Shown: piece by piece, positions 28,447-38,735 of the stretch
Numbering within the stretch: the first letter of the stretch is position 1
Layout: each line of letters starts with the position of its first letter
Origin: an uncultured bacterium
GTDB taxonomy: Bacteria; Oederibacteriota; JAAXVQ01
Reading direction: 5' to 3'
Assembly (NCBI GenBank): GCA_964593065.1
Contig: CAZQGO010000007.1
Coordinates: 32,708 to 96,707, forward strand
DNA: 64,000 nt
Position numbers and translations under genes: made by a program
Notes under the pieces: generated by a model
Database searches by the model: none
Told to the model about the DNA's origin: nothing
Seen by the model: the letters and a program-made list of their open reading frames with translations, nothing else

Positions 28447-29371
28447 CCGCGCCTTCACCTCCGGAAAGAAGGTACAACACCGCCATGCGCACCGCCACGC
28501 CGTTGGTCACCTGGTCTAAGATCACGGAGTTGGGTCCGTCCGCCACCCGGGGCGAGATCTCGATGCCCCGGTTCATGGGGCCGGGATGCATAATGAGGAC
28601 GTCCGGCTTGGCCAGGCCCAGGCGGCGGGCATTGATCCCGTAGAGGTTGGCGTATTCCCGGCTGCTGGGGAAATACTTGCCGTCCTGACGCTCCAGCTGG
28701 ATGCGCAGGATATTGATGACGTCGGCGCCCGTGATGGCCTCCTCCAGGCGGTGATGGACTTCCACGCCCAGGCGTTCGAAGCAGCGCGGCACCAGCGTCG
28801 CCGGGCCGACCACCCGCACCGTGGCGCCCAGCTTCCGCAGGCCGTGCACGTTGGAACGCGCCACGCGGGAATGCAGAATATCGCCCACCAGGGTCACGAC
28901 CAGACCTGAAAAATCGTGCTTGCACTCCCGGATGGTGTACAGGTCCAGGAGGCCCTGGGTGGGATGTTCATGCGTCCCGTCGCCGGCGTTGACCACGCTG
29001 GCGTGGATGTGTTCCGCCACGAAGTTCACGGCGCCGGAACAGGCGTGGCGCATGATGATGGTGTGGACATTCATGGCCTCGATGTTGCGCACGGTGTCCA
29101 GGAGACATTCGCCCTTTTGCAGGGACGAGGAGGAGGCGGTAAAATTCACCACGTCCGCGCTCAGGCGCTTGGCCGCCAGTTCAAAGGAGGTGCGGGTGCG
29201 GGTGGAGGGTTCGAAGAAAAGGTTGACCACGGTCTTGCCGCGCAGGGCGGGAACCTTTTTGATCGGCCGCTGGCCGACCTCCTTGAAGGACCGGGCCGTG
29301 TCCAGGATCAGCTGGATCTCCTCCCCCGACAGGCCTTCGAGCCCCAGCAGGTCTTTACGCTGTAAAGGCAC
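28430..29371 (-). CDS. pyrB: Aspartate carbamoyltransferase catalytic subunit
   Basis: STRTR and HPTQ motifs; GTG start. Confidence 0.9.
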   Translation of the reverse strand: MPLQRKDLLGLEGLSGEEIQLILDTARSFKEVGQRPIKKVPALRGKTVVNLFFEPSTRTRTSFELAAKRLSADVVNFTASSSSLQKGECLLDTVRNIEAMNVHTIIMRHACSGAVNFVAEHIHASVVNAGDGTHEHPTQGLLDLYTIRECKHDFSGLVVTLVGDILHSRVARSNVHGLRKLGATVRVVGPATLVPRCFERLGVEVHHRLEEAITGADVINILRIQLERQDGKYFPSSREYANLYGINARRLGLAKPDVLIMHPGPMNRGIEISPRVADGPNSVILDQVTNGVAVRMAVLYLLSGGEGADENLD

Positions 29372-29374
29372 CTC

Positions 29375-29947
29375 TCATCCCTCCTTCGCTTCCTCACCGG
29401 GTTCCCGTTCGTAGATGAAGACGCCTTCCTCGCCGTCCTGCTCCCGCAGGTGGACGGCCACGTTTTCCCGCTGGGAAGTCGGCACGTTCTTGCCGACGTA
29501 GTCCGCGTGGATCGGCAGCTCCCGGTGGCCCCGGTCCACCAGGACGGCCAGCTGCACCGAGCGGGGACGGCCGTAGTCGTTCAGTTCATCCATGGCGGCC
29601 CGGATGCTGCGACCGGTGTAGAGGACGTCGTCCACCAGCACCACGTGCTTGCCCTCCAGGTCGAAGGGCAGGTGGCTGGGACGGTTGCTGGCCGCGGCCT
29701 GCGTGCTGCGCGCCAAATCATCCCGGTGAAAGGTGATGTCCAGGGCGCCCACCGGCGGCGGGGCGCCCTCGATCCGGCCGATGTGCTCGGCGATGCGGTG
29801 CGAAAGCACGTCCCCGCGCTGCAGGATGCCGATCAGCACCAGTTGGCCGGTGCCATGGTTGCGCTCGAGGATCTCGTGGGCGATGCGCGTCAAGGCCCGG
29901 CGGATCCCCTCGGCGTCCAGAATCTGGGCTTTTTTGGGTTTAGGCAT
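29375..29947 (-). CDS. pyrR: Bifunctional pyrimidine operon regulator / uracil phosphoribosyltransferase PyrR
   Basis: [23 protein letters not shown] motif; first gene of the pyr operon. Confidence 0.85.
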   Translation of the reverse strand: MPKPKKAQILDAEGIRRALTRIAHEILERNHGTGQLVLIGILQRGDVLSHRIAEHIGRIEGAPPPVGALDITFHRDDLARSTQAAASNRPSHLPFDLEGKHVVLVDDVLYTGRSIRAAMDELNDYGRPRSVQLAVLVDRGHRELPIHADYVGKNVPTSQRENVAVHLREQDGEEGVFIYEREPGEEAKEG

Positions 29948-29984
29948 GCGGCCCTCCCGCGTGCGTGGCGTCTGGAATAAAAAA

Positions 29985-30019
29985 GCCTCCCGCTGCCGAA
30001 GCAGCCCGGGAGGCGGAGG
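29985..30019 (-). terminator. Leader terminator/attenuator hairpin between the pyr promoter and pyrR (candidate PyrR-controlled attenuation)
   Basis: Minus strand CCUCCCGGGCUGC-UUCG-GCAGCGGGAGG followed by CUUUUUUAUUCC, ~35 nt upstream of the pyrR ATG. Confidence 0.4.
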
Positions 30020-30107
30020 ATGGACTGGGGAGGATGGAGCCAGCAAACATGGGGCCAAACCCTTCCTAGCTTCGCGGAGCTAGATTAAAGGATAGGATCA
30101 GTTTTCG

Positions 30108-30136
30108 ACAATACACCGGGAGCCTCGGTCTGTCAA
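30108..30136 (-). promoter_or_regulatory. Candidate sigma-70 promoter of the pyr operon
   Basis: Minus strand TTGACA-17 nt-TATTGT. Confidence 0.4.
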
Positions 30137-30182
30137 GCTTTATCCGCCGCGCGCCGCCGGTGCTGCGTAGGGCCAAGAAGAA

Positions 30183-30215
30183 AAACCGGGGAAACCAAAC
30201 GGCCCCCCGGTTTTC
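30183..30215 (-). terminator. Intrinsic terminator after the lysine-rich micro-ORF
   Basis: Minus strand CCGGGGGG...CCCCGG stem followed by UUUUUC. Confidence 0.45.
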
Positions 30216-30247
30216 CATATCGTTTCACCTTACGGGTGATTTTCCGC

Positions 30248-30304
30248 TTACTTTTTCTTCGTAGCTTTTTTCTTCGCCGCCTTCTTCGCCTTCTTCACTG
30301 CCAT
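30248..30304 (-). CDS. 18-aa lysine/alanine-rich micro-ORF (MAVKKAKKAAKKKATKKK)
   Basis: Perfect SD GGAGAGGAGGTG 6 nt upstream of the ATG; AT-rich promoter-like region upstream; own terminator downstream. Below the ORF-track length cutoff. Confidence 0.35.
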   Translation of the reverse strand: MAVKKAKKAAKKKATKKK

Positions 30305-30407
30305 TGGTTCACCTCCTCTCCTGCGATCTATATACTTTTTATACCACAGATCATTGAGGAGGAAAATATTTTTTTGCGTTGAAAAATATTTTTCTTGCCC
30401 GCGGCGT

Positions 30408-30974
30408 CTATTCCACCGTCACCTTGGTCATGACGTCCCCGACGCGGATCTTCCGGACCACATCCATGCCCTCCGTGACCTGCCCGAAGACCGTGTATTG
30501 CCCGTTCAAACCCGGCTGCGGTTCGAGGCAGATGTAAAACTGGCTGCCCGCCGAATCCGGATCCGCGGAGCGGGCCATGGCCACGGTTCCGGCCAGATGG
30601 GGCCGGGAATTGAATTCCGCCTTCACGGTGTAGCCGGGACCGCCCGTGCCGTCGCCCTTCGGGTCGCCGCCCTGGATCACGAATCCCGGCACCACACGGT
30701 GAAAGGTCAGGCCGTCGTAAAATCCCTTGCGGGCCAGCTGGATGAAATTGTCCACCGTCTTCGGGGCCTCCGCGGGAAAAAACTTGAACCGGATCGTCCC
30801 CTTGCTGGTTTCGATGACGGCCTGGCTCGGCTGGTCTGGAACGGTCATGTTGCCTCCTTCTTTCTGGGTATTTTGCGTCGTGGCGGGAGTATCCGGCGGA
30901 AGTTCCACGCCGGCGCAGCCCGCCAGCAGCAGGATCAACCCCCACGCCTGGATCCGTGCCCATCTGTGCATCAT
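30408..30974 (-). CDS. Peptidyl-prolyl cis-trans isomerase, cyclophilin type, lipoprotein
   Basis: LAGC lipobox; [15 protein letters not shown]...GYTVFGQV cyclophilin motifs. Confidence 0.85.
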   Translation of the reverse strand: MMHRWARIQAWGLILLLAGCAGVELPPDTPATTQNTQKEGGNMTVPDQPSQAVIETSKGTIRFKFFPAEAPKTVDNFIQLARKGFYDGLTFHRVVPGFVIQGGDPKGDGTGGPGYTVKAEFNSRPHLAGTVAMARSADPDSAGSQFYICLEPQPGLNGQYTVFGQVTEGMDVVRKIRVGDVMTKVTVE

Positions 30975-31022
30975 CTTGTTCCTCCTGAAATGGATTTTCC
31001 CCGCGGGGGTTTCTCCTGAAGC

Positions 31023-33053
31023 CTAGCGCCGGACGCCGGCTGCCGCCGGCGCCAGTACGCTTTTCAAGGCGTTTAAGAGACCGCCGGCCAGGAGAATCTG
31101 CAGCTGCCGGGAGGTCAGCGGGCACAGCATTTCCCACTCCTCCCCCGTGCTAAGATTCCGCACCAGGACCGGCTGTCCGGCGGACAAACGCCGCTTGACC
31201 TCCGGTAAGGCCAGTTCCTGCCCGGGCAGGATCTGTTCGTAATTGGCCGGATACTTGAAACTCAAGGGGACGATCCCGAAATTGATCAGGTTGGCCTGGT
31301 GGATGCGGGCGAAGGATTTGGCCAGCACGGCGCGAACCCCCAGGGTGCGGGGCGCCAAGGCCGCGTGCTCCCGGGAGGACCCCTGGCCGTAGTTTTCGCC
31401 GCCCACGATATAACCGCCATGGAACTGCTGCGCGCGGGCCGCGAATTGGGAATCGATTCCGCTGAAGGCGTACTGGGCCAGCGCGGGGATGTTCGAGCGC
31501 AGGGGCAGAATCTTGGCGCCGGCGGGCATGATGTCGTCCGTCGTGACGTTGTCCCCCAGTTTCAGCAGGACCCGGCCCGTGTCCGATTCAGGCCACGGCG
31601 GCATGGCCGGCAGAGGCGCGATGTTCGGCCCCCGCACGATCCGGACCCGCCGGCCGTCCCGGGGCGGCCGGACCAGCAGGCTGTCGTCCAAGTCCGCGCG
31701 CTGCGGCACGGCGAACCTGCGGGCAAGCCGCAGGCGCCGGGGATCCACCATTTCGCCGGCCAAAGCCGCGGCGGCGGCGGTTTGCGGCGAGACCAGGTAG
31801 ACTTTGGCGTTGGCCGTCCCGGAGCGGCCGCGGAAATTGCGGTTGAAGGTCCGCAGGCTGACCGCGTCCGAGGCCGGGGATTGACCCATGCCGATGCAGG
31901 CTCCGCAGGCCGGTTCCATGACGCGGGCGCCCGCCTGGATCAGCGCCGCCAAGGCCCCGTTTTTCGCCAGCATGCCCAGCACCTGCTGGGAGCCGGGGGA
32001 TAGGACCAGCGATACCTCGGGGTGCACGCGCTTGCCGGCCAACAGGCGCGCCACGGTCACCAAGTCGGCCAGGGAAGAATTGGTGCAGGAGCCGATGACC
32101 ACCTGCTGGACTTTCACTCCGCGCAGATCCTTCACCGGCACCACCGCGTCCGGTGAATCCGGTTTGGCGGCCAAAGGCTCGAGGCTTTCCAGGTCCAGTT
32201 CGATCCGTCCGCCGCTGAATTCCGCTTCCGCGTCCGCGGACAGGGGCGAATAATCCTTCTCCCGGCCCTGGTACTTCAAGAAGGCGCGCGTGATCTCGTC
32301 TGCGGGAAACAGGCTGGAAGTGGCGCCGGTCTCGGCGCCCATGTTCGTGACGGTGGCCCGCTCGGGCACGCTTAAAGAGGCCAGGCCGGGCCCGCTGTAT
32401 TCCAGGATTTTGCCCACTCCGCCCTTGACGCTCAAGCGCTGCAGGACTCGCAGAATCAGGTCCTTGGCCGACACCTGGGGCGACAACCTGCCCTTCAGCC
32501 TGATGTTCACCACCGCCGGACAGACCAGGTAAAAGGGCGCGCCGCCCATGGCCGCCGCCACATCGAGTCCCCCGGCGCCGATGCCGAGTTGGCCCAGGCC
32601 GCCCGCGGTCGGCGTGTGGGAATCCGAGCCCAGCAAAGTGGTGCCGGGACGGCCGAAGCGCTCCAGGTGCACCTGATGGCAGATGCCGTTGCCGGGCCGG
32701 GAGAAGATCGCGCCATAGCGGGCGGCCATGCTTTGCAGGAAGGCGTGGTCGTCGGCATTCTCGAAGCCGGTCTGCAGGGTGTTGTGGTCCACGTAGGAAA
32801 CCGAAAGCCCGGTCCGAACGCGGTCCAGGCCCAGGGCCTCGAACTGCAGCCAGGCCATGGTGCCGGTCGCATCCTGGGTCAGCGTTTGCTCGATGCGCAG
32901 GGCCAGCGGCCGTCCCGGCGAGACTTCCCCGTCCACCCGGTGGGCGGACAATATTTTTTCCGCGGCCGTTTGCGGAACGCGCGCAGTTTTCAAACGATAG
33001 CGCCGCGCCGATTTCGGGCCGCGGACCGCATGGAGTTTTTTCCGACCCGGCAC
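31023..33053 (-). CDS. Aconitase-family hydratase (~675 aa; fused catalytic and swivel domains; probable aconitate hydratase)
   Basis: GSCTNSS, Fe-S ligand cysteines, C-terminal swivel domain ending ...SFARIHQANLINFGIVPL. GTG start. Confidence 0.7.
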   Translation of the reverse strand: MPGRKKLHAVRGPKSARRYRLKTARVPQTAAEKILSAHRVDGEVSPGRPLALRIEQTLTQDATGTMAWLQFEALGLDRVRTGLSVSYVDHNTLQTGFENADDHAFLQSMAARYGAIFSRPGNGICHQVHLERFGRPGTTLLGSDSHTPTAGGLGQLGIGAGGLDVAAAMGGAPFYLVCPAVVNIRLKGRLSPQVSAKDLILRVLQRLSVKGGVGKILEYSGPGLASLSVPERATVTNMGAETGATSSLFPADEITRAFLKYQGREKDYSPLSADAEAEFSGGRIELDLESLEPLAAKPDSPDAVVPVKDLRGVKVQQVVIGSCTNSSLADLVTVARLLAGKRVHPEVSLVLSPGSQQVLGMLAKNGALAALIQAGARVMEPACGACIGMGQSPASDAVSLRTFNRNFRGRSGTANAKVYLVSPQTAAAAALAGEMVDPRRLRLARRFAVPQRADLDDSLLVRPPRDGRRVRIVRGPNIAPLPAMPPWPESDTGRVLLKLGDNVTTDDIMPAGAKILPLRSNIPALAQYAFSGIDSQFAARAQQFHGGYIVGGENYGQGSSREHAALAPRTLGVRAVLAKSFARIHQANLINFGIVPLSFKYPANYEQILPGQELALPEVKRRLSAGQPVLVRNLSTGEEWEMLCPLTSRQLQILLAGGLLNALKSVLAPAAAGVRR

Positions 33054-33056
33054 GGT

Positions 33057-33617
33057 TTATTCCCCCTTCTTCCCGTATTTGCCGCGCTCTTTTTTAAACA
33101 AGTCGTCCCCTTTTTGATCCAGGGCCACCACGGCCGGGAAATTTTCCACCCGCAGGCAGTGTATCGCCTCCGGCCCCAGTTCCTCGTAGGCCACCACCGT
33201 CGCGCCCTTGACCTTGGACCCGTAAAAAGCGCCCGCTCCGCCGGCCGCGGCCAGATAGATGACCCCGAACCGCATCAATTCGGACACGGCGCCCGCGCTT
33301 AAAGGGCCTTTGCCCATGACCGCGTTCACGCCGGCTTGGATCAACGACGGCAAATACGTTTCCATGCGCTGGCTGGTGGTGGGTCCGACCGCCCCCACCA
33401 CCTGGTCGGGAGCCGGCGGCGTGGGGCCGGCGAAATATACCAGCTGCCCGCGCAGGTCCACGGGCGGAGTTTTGCCTTCGAACAGAAGTTCATTGATGCG
33501 TCCCAGGGCCGCGTCCCGGGCGGTAAACAGCGAACCCGTGAGGTTCACCCACTGCCCGGTCACCAGCTCGCTCAGCACGTTTTTTTCCAGGGGGATCTTC
33601 AGCCACAGGGCGTTCAT
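33057..33617 (-). CDS. Class I (Fe-S) fumarate hydratase, beta subunit
   Basis: Fe-S hydro-lyase beta-type domain (GKGPLSAGAVSELMRFGVIYLAAAGGAGA). Confidence 0.8.
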   Translation of the reverse strand: MNALWLKIPLEKNVLSELVTGQWVNLTGSLFTARDAALGRINELLFEGKTPPVDLRGQLVYFAGPTPPAPDQVVGAVGPTTSQRMETYLPSLIQAGVNAVMGKGPLSAGAVSELMRFGVIYLAAAGGAGAFYGSKVKGATVVAYEELGPEAIHCLRVENFPAVVALDQKGDDLFKKERGKYGKKGE

Positions 33618-34465
33618 AGCACGATCTCCTTGAGGCGGTGGCTGTGGCATTCCAGGTTGACGGCCACGGGCAGGGAGGCAATGTGACAGGGCGCCGCCTC
33701 GATGGCCACGGACAGGGCCGTGGTGGTTCCGCCCCAGCCTTGCGGGCCGAGGCCGGATTCATTGAGGTGGTTCAAGATGACGTTCTCCAGGTACGCCAGC
33801 TCGGGGTCGGATGAGGATTCCCCGATTTTGCGCAACAAGGCCCGTTTCGCCAGCAGCGGCGCGGTTTCGAAATTTCCGCCCAGCCCCACTCCCACGAGGA
33901 GCGGCGGGCAGGCGGCGGCGCCGCGGGCGCTCACGGTCTGCACCACGAATTCGCTGATGCCGTGGCGGGCCGCGGCGGGGGGCAGCATCGTCATGGCACT
34001 GGCATTCTCGCACCCGCCGCCTTTGGCCAGCACGGTCAATTTCAAGACCTTGCCGGGGACGATTTCGTAATGGATGACGGCCGGGGTATTGTCGCCGGTG
34101 TTGCCCCGCTGCACCGGATGCACGGCCACGGAATTCCGCAGGCGCCCCTGCGCGGTCGCCCCGCGCACGCCGGCTTGGATGGCCTCGGCCAGCGAGCCTT
34201 CCGTGACCGCCACCTCCTGCCCGATCTGGACGAAGATCACCGCCAGCCCCGTGTCCTGGCAGAGGGGGTGGACTCCGGCCGACGCCATGCGCGCGTTCTC
34301 CAACAGGAGTTCGAGCGCCTGGCGCCCGAGGGGTGAAGCTTCCCGGGTCAGGGCGGCCTCCAGGGCGGCTTTCATCTCTGGCAACATAACGTAATTGATT
34401 CCCTGCAAGGCGCCGCTGACGGCGGCGGCAACGTCCGCGGCTTTGATTTCACGCATCGCCTTCAC
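33614..34465 (-). CDS. Class I (Fe-S) fumarate hydratase, alpha subunit
   Basis: Fe-S hydro-lyase alpha-type domain with conserved Cys (CQDTG, GGCENAS). GTG start. Confidence 0.8.
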   Translation of the reverse strand: MKAMREIKAADVAAAVSGALQGINYVMLPEMKAALEAALTREASPLGRQALELLLENARMASAGVHPLCQDTGLAVIFVQIGQEVAVTEGSLAEAIQAGVRGATAQGRLRNSVAVHPVQRGNTGDNTPAVIHYEIVPGKVLKLTVLAKGGGCENASAMTMLPPAAARHGISEFVVQTVSARGAAACPPLLVGVGLGGNFETAPLLAKRALLRKIGESSSDPELAYLENVILNHLNESGLGPQGWGGTTTALSVAIEAAPCHIASLPVAVNLECHSHRLKEIVL

Positions 34466-34495
34466 CTCCTGCCCCCGCCCCGGGGCGCCGGTGGG

Positions 34496-35440
34496 TCACT
34501 CGTTCGCCAGATAACCGTCGATTTGTGCGCAGAGGGTCCTCACCGTCCGGGCTGAGCGGGCGAGTCCCTCCTGGTCCTCGGGCGCCAAGGGGATCTCCTG
34601 GACACGCTCCACGCCTTCCCGGCCCAGAACCACGGGGACGCCCAGGACCTGGGAACGAAACCCGTATTCCCCTTCCAGCCACACCGCGCACGGCAGCACG
34701 GCCTTTTCGTCCCGCAGGATCGCCGCCACCATGCGGGCCGTGGCCGCGGAGGGCGCGTAAAAAGCGCTCCCGGTTTGCAGCCAGCGCACAATCTCGGCGC
34801 CGCCCTGGCGCGTACGCTGGATGATCGTTTCCAGCTTCTCCGGGGGCAGCGCTTCGGCGGCCGGGCGGCCGCGGACGCGGGCGTGGGACAGGCAGGGGAC
34901 CATGTCGTCGCCATGGCCGCCCAAAACCACGGCCTCAATCTGCGCGGGAGACGCGTCCAGGGCCTCGGCGATAAAACTGCGGAAACGGGCCGTATCCAGG
35001 AGGCCCGCCATGCCCAGCACGCGCTTCCGCGGAAAACGCGAAACCTTCAAGGCCGTGTACACCATCGCATCCAGGGGATTGGTCACCACGATGAGGACGG
35101 CGAAGGGCGAAGCCTGAGCCACCTCGCCGACGACGGAGCTGACGATCTTGAAATTGGTTTTCAGCAGGTCGTCCCGGCTCATGCCGGGCTTGCGGGCCGC
35201 GCCGGAGGTCACCACCACCAAGTCCGAGTCGGCCGTATCGGAATAACGGTCCGTTCCCGTCACCCGGCAGCGGTAGCCGAGGATCGGCGCCGCCTGGTTC
35301 AAATCCAGTGCCTTCCCCTTGGCCAGGCCTTCCACCACGTCGACCAGCACCACGTTCCCGAGCTCCTGCTCGAGCAGGCGCTGGGCCAGCGTGGCGCCCA
35401 CGTTCCCGGCCCCGACCACGGTGATTTTCGGAAAAGCCAT
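34496..35440 (-). CDS. mdh: Malate dehydrogenase (LDH-like MDH)
   Basis: KITVVGAGNVG Rossmann; VTNPLD; GGHGD. Confidence 0.9.
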   Translation of the reverse strand: MAFPKITVVGAGNVGATLAQRLLEQELGNVVLVDVVEGLAKGKALDLNQAAPILGYRCRVTGTDRYSDTADSDLVVVTSGAARKPGMSRDDLLKTNFKIVSSVVGEVAQASPFAVLIVVTNPLDAMVYTALKVSRFPRKRVLGMAGLLDTARFRSFIAEALDASPAQIEAVVLGGHGDDMVPCLSHARVRGRPAAEALPPEKLETIIQRTRQGGAEIVRWLQTGSAFYAPSAATARMVAAILRDEKAVLPCAVWLEGEYGFRSQVLGVPVVLGREGVERVQEIPLAPEDQEGLARSARTVRTLCAQIDGYLANE

Positions 35441-35613
35441 TTTCCGCCTCCTGGGAAAGCGCGCCGTGCGCGGACTTCGCCCCCAGCGCCTGGGGGCCGG
35501 AGGAGCAGCCGGGCGTTATCATAACACAAACCCCCGGAAAAGCGTAGGGGCGAACGTTTCGTTCGCCCCAGGCGCGGCTCCGACGGGAACCGGGTGAAAT
35601 GAGCCGGAAGGAG

Positions 35614-36858
35614 TCAGCCGAGATGCCTGATGATGGCCTCGGCGAACTCGCTGCACTTGACTTCCCGGCTGCCGGGCAGCTGGCGCGCCAGGTCGTAGGT
35701 GACGGTCTTGTCCAGGAGTGTTTGTTCCAGGGCCCGGGTGACGGCCTGGGCGGCCTCCGCCCATCCCAGATGCTCCAGGAGCATGACACCCGACAGGATC
35801 AAGGAGCTCGGATTGACTTTGTCCAGGCCGGCGTATTTGGGGGCCGTCCCGTGCGTGGCCTCGAACAAGGCCACCCCTTCGCCGAGGTTGGCGCCGGGGG
35901 CCATGCCCAGTCCGCCCACCTGCGCGGCGCAGGCGTCGGACAGGTAGTCGCCGTTCAAGTTGGGCGTGGCGATCACGGAGTATTCATCCGGGCGCAGCAG
36001 CACCTGCTGGAACATGGCGTCGGCGATCCGGTCTTTGATGAGCACCCGTCCGGGAGGAATCCGGCCCCCGTGCTTTTCCGCCATTTCCTTTTCCGTTACG
36101 GTGAGGTCGGCGAACTCCCGGGCCGCGACTTCATACCCCCAGTCGCGGAAGGCTCCTTCCGTGAACTTCATGATGTTGCCCTTATGCACCAGCGTGACCG
36201 AGGGCCGGCGATGGTCCAGCGCATAACGGATGGCCGCCGCCACCAAGCGCGCGCTGTTCCTCCGGGTCATGGGTTTCAGCCCGAGGCCGGCCTCCGGTTC
36301 CACGGGCGCGCCGAGTTCGCGGGTCACGAAAGCCGCCAGTTTCCGGGCGGATTCGCTCCCGGACTGCCATTCCAAGCCGGCGTAGACGTCTTCCGTGTTC
36401 TCCCGGAAAATGACCACGTCCAATTTTTCCGGGTGCACGACGGGAGAAGGCGTGCCCCGGTAATAGCGCACGGGCCGCACGCAGGCAAACAGATCCATCT
36501 CCTGCCGCAGGCTGACATTGAGGGAACGGAATCCCCCGCCCACCGGCGTGGTCAGGGGGCCCTTGATGGCCACACGGTAGCGCCGGATGGCGGCCAGGGT
36601 TTCGGCCGGCAGGGCGGAAAGGCCCGCGGCGACCGCTTTTTCCCCGGCCAGAATCTCCCGCCAGGCGATGGCGCGCCGCCCGCCGAAAGCCGCGGCCACG
36701 GCTGCATCCAGGACACGGCGGCTGGCGGCCCAGATGTCCGGTCCGATGCCGTCGCCTTCAATGAAAGGAATGATGGGACGGTCCGGAACCCGGAGCTCGC
36801 CGCCGGCCCAGCCGATTTCCCGGCCGCCGGCCTGGTCCCGGGAAACAGGCGGGTTCAC
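35614..36858 (-). CDS. icd: NADP-dependent isocitrate dehydrogenase (homodimeric type)
   Basis: [15 protein letters not shown]; [11 protein letters not shown]; [15 protein letters not shown] start in a GTGA overlap with the upstream gene; N-terminal length matches E. coli Icd. Confidence 0.85.
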   Translation of the reverse strand: MNPPVSRDQAGGREIGWAGGELRVPDRPIIPFIEGDGIGPDIWAASRRVLDAAVAAAFGGRRAIAWREILAGEKAVAAGLSALPAETLAAIRRYRVAIKGPLTTPVGGGFRSLNVSLRQEMDLFACVRPVRYYRGTPSPVVHPEKLDVVIFRENTEDVYAGLEWQSGSESARKLAAFVTRELGAPVEPEAGLGLKPMTRRNSARLVAAAIRYALDHRRPSVTLVHKGNIMKFTEGAFRDWGYEVAAREFADLTVTEKEMAEKHGGRIPPGRVLIKDRIADAMFQQVLLRPDEYSVIATPNLNGDYLSDACAAQVGGLGMAPGANLGEGVALFEATHGTAPKYAGLDKVNPSSLILSGVMLLEHLGWAEAAQAVTRALEQTLLDKTVTYDLARQLPGSREVKCSEFAEAIIRHLG

Positions 36859-38252
36859 AGGTTCTCTTCTCCGGATGTCTCGTAGGCGACCCATTCCGAG
36901 AAATGCACGCGGGCCTGTTCCCACATCTCCTCGTCGGAAATTCCCGTGTTGCGGCCTTGTGCGTACTGCTGATCCACCCAGTTTTTGATCGCGATGACGC
37001 CCGGATCGTTTTTCGTCACCTTGACGTTTTCCGGGATGCTCAGGCGCTGGTTGACCCAGTAGGCAATGCCGGCCGCGCCGGATTTGTCCGTGATGCCGAT
37101 GTCCACCGGACGCTTCAGGACTTTTTCCGTGTCGAAGATATTGTAGATTTCCTGGTCCTTCATCAGGCCGTCCGCATGGATGCCCGCCCGCGTGACGTTG
37201 AAATTGGCTCCGACCAGGGGCTGGTTGGCGGGAATTTTATAGCCGATTTTCTTCTCGAAGTACTGGGCCACCTCGGTAATGACCGAAGTATCCATTCCGT
37301 CCGGGGAACCGCGCAGCCCGATGTACTCGATCACCAGCGCCTCGATGGCTGTGTTCCCCGTCCGCTCTCCGATGCCCAGCAGCGAGCCATTGGCCGCGGA
37401 ACAGCCGTAGAGCCAGGCCGCCACGGCGTTGTTTAAGGCGCGGTAGAAGTCGTTGTGCCCGTGCCATTCGAGCAGGCCGGAAGGCACGCCGGCCAAGCGG
37501 GTCAAACCGTAAATGATGCCGTTGACGTTGCGCGGCAGCATGACGCCCGGAAAACTCACGCCGTACCCCAGGGTGTCGCAGGCCCGGATCTTGACGGGAA
37601 TGCCGTACTCCCGGGAAAGTTTCATGAGTTCCTGGGCGAAGGGGATCACGAACCCGTAAAAGTCCGCGCGCGTGATGTCCTCGAAATGGCAGCGCGGGAT
37701 GATGCCCTCGTCCAGGGCGGCTCGGACCACGTCCAGATAGTCCTGCAGGGCCTGCTTGCGGGTTTTTTTCAGCTTGTTGAAGATGTGATAGTCCGAGGAG
37801 GAGGTCAGAATGCCGGTCTCCTGCAGGCCCAGCTCCTTGACCAGCTTGAAATCCTTTTTGTCCGCCCGGATCCAGCCCGTGATTTCCGGAAATTCATAAC
37901 CCCGCTCCTGGCACTTGCGCACGGCCTCCTTGTCCTTGTCGGTGTACAGGAAAAACTCCGTTTGCCGGATTTTCCCCTTGGGACCGGAAAGCTTGTGCAT
38001 CAGGTCGAACAGATCGACGATCTGCTCCACGGAAAAAGGCGGCAGGGATTGCTGCCCGTCCCGGAAGGTGGTGTCCGTGATCCAGACTTCATAAGGGGGA
38101 TTGATCGGCACCTGCCGGTGGTTGAAGCACATGAGCGGCGGATTCTCGAAGGTGTAAATATCGCGGTACAGGTTGGGTTCCGGAACGTCCAGCAGCTGAT
38201 AATCGTAATCGTGGCGTTCCAGCGTCCTGCGGCGTTTGTTGAATTTCAACAT
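36855..38252 (-). CDS. HMGL-like (DRE-TIM) acetyl-CoA:2-oxoacid condensing enzyme of the homocitrate/isopropylmalate/Re-citrate synthase family; genomic context suggests Re-citrate synthase
   Basis: [12 protein letters not shown] signature, HxH metal site (WHGHND). Sits in the icd-mdh-fumarase-aconitase cluster. GC is visibly lower than neighbouring genes. Confidence 0.5.
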   Translation of the reverse strand: MLKFNKRRRTLERHDYDYQLLDVPEPNLYRDIYTFENPPLMCFNHRQVPINPPYEVWITDTTFRDGQQSLPPFSVEQIVDLFDLMHKLSGPKGKIRQTEFFLYTDKDKEAVRKCQERGYEFPEITGWIRADKKDFKLVKELGLQETGILTSSSDYHIFNKLKKTRKQALQDYLDVVRAALDEGIIPRCHFEDITRADFYGFVIPFAQELMKLSREYGIPVKIRACDTLGYGVSFPGVMLPRNVNGIIYGLTRLAGVPSGLLEWHGHNDFYRALNNAVAAWLYGCSAANGSLLGIGERTGNTAIEALVIEYIGLRGSPDGMDTSVITEVAQYFEKKIGYKIPANQPLVGANFNVTRAGIHADGLMKDQEIYNIFDTEKVLKRPVDIGITDKSGAAGIAYWVNQRLSIPENVKVTKNDPGVIAIKNWVDQQYAQGRNTGISDEEMWEQARVHFSEWVAYETSGEENL

Positions 38253-38425
38253 CGGGCTGACCTCCTTTAAAAAACGTGCGGCGCGAAGTCATACTATACG
38301 GAAGCGGCGGGAGTTGTCAATACAATCCGGGAGACGGACCGGCCAGGACATGCCGGCGGCCCGAGAGGACTACGGTGCTGAATCCGGGAAGCTGTGAAAA
38401 AGGCGGGCGGAACCGGGTTGCGGTC

Positions 38426-38596
38426 TCAGGCCTTGAAAAATTCCAGGAGCTTGTACAGCAGGATCGCCGGCCACACGGCGGCTTTCAGGAAACCCAGGAC
38501 GCCGGCCCAGAAGCCCACGGCTTTTTGGATAAAATACACGGCTGCGCCGATAAAAGCCAACAGATACGCAAACCCCGCTGAACCTTGATCTCTCAT
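38426..38596 (-). CDS. Small hydrophobic membrane protein (hypothetical)
   Basis: MRDQGSAGFAYLLAFIGAAVYFIQKAVGFWAGVLGFLKAAVWPAILLYKLLEFFKA; two predicted TM helices. Confidence 0.3.
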   Translation of the reverse strand: MRDQGSAGFAYLLAFIGAAVYFIQKAVGFWAGVLGFLKAAVWPAILLYKLLEFFKA

Positions 38597-38735
38597 GACG
38601 ATCCTCCGTTTCCGGGATGGGTGGAGCCTCTCCGCGCCCAGTCGCGGCGCGTGCGTTATTATATACCCTAAGCCGGGATTATGCACGTACCGACTCGTCC
38701 GGGCGCAGGCCGCCAAACCCCGAGGCCTTAAACTG

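Noticed and set aside
35614-36924. Longer N-terminal extension of icd starting at the track's first start codon
   Set aside because: It would overlap the upstream HMGL-family gene by ~70 nt. Alignment to E. coli Icd N-terminal length supports the GTG start at 36858, in a GTGA overlap with the upstream stop.
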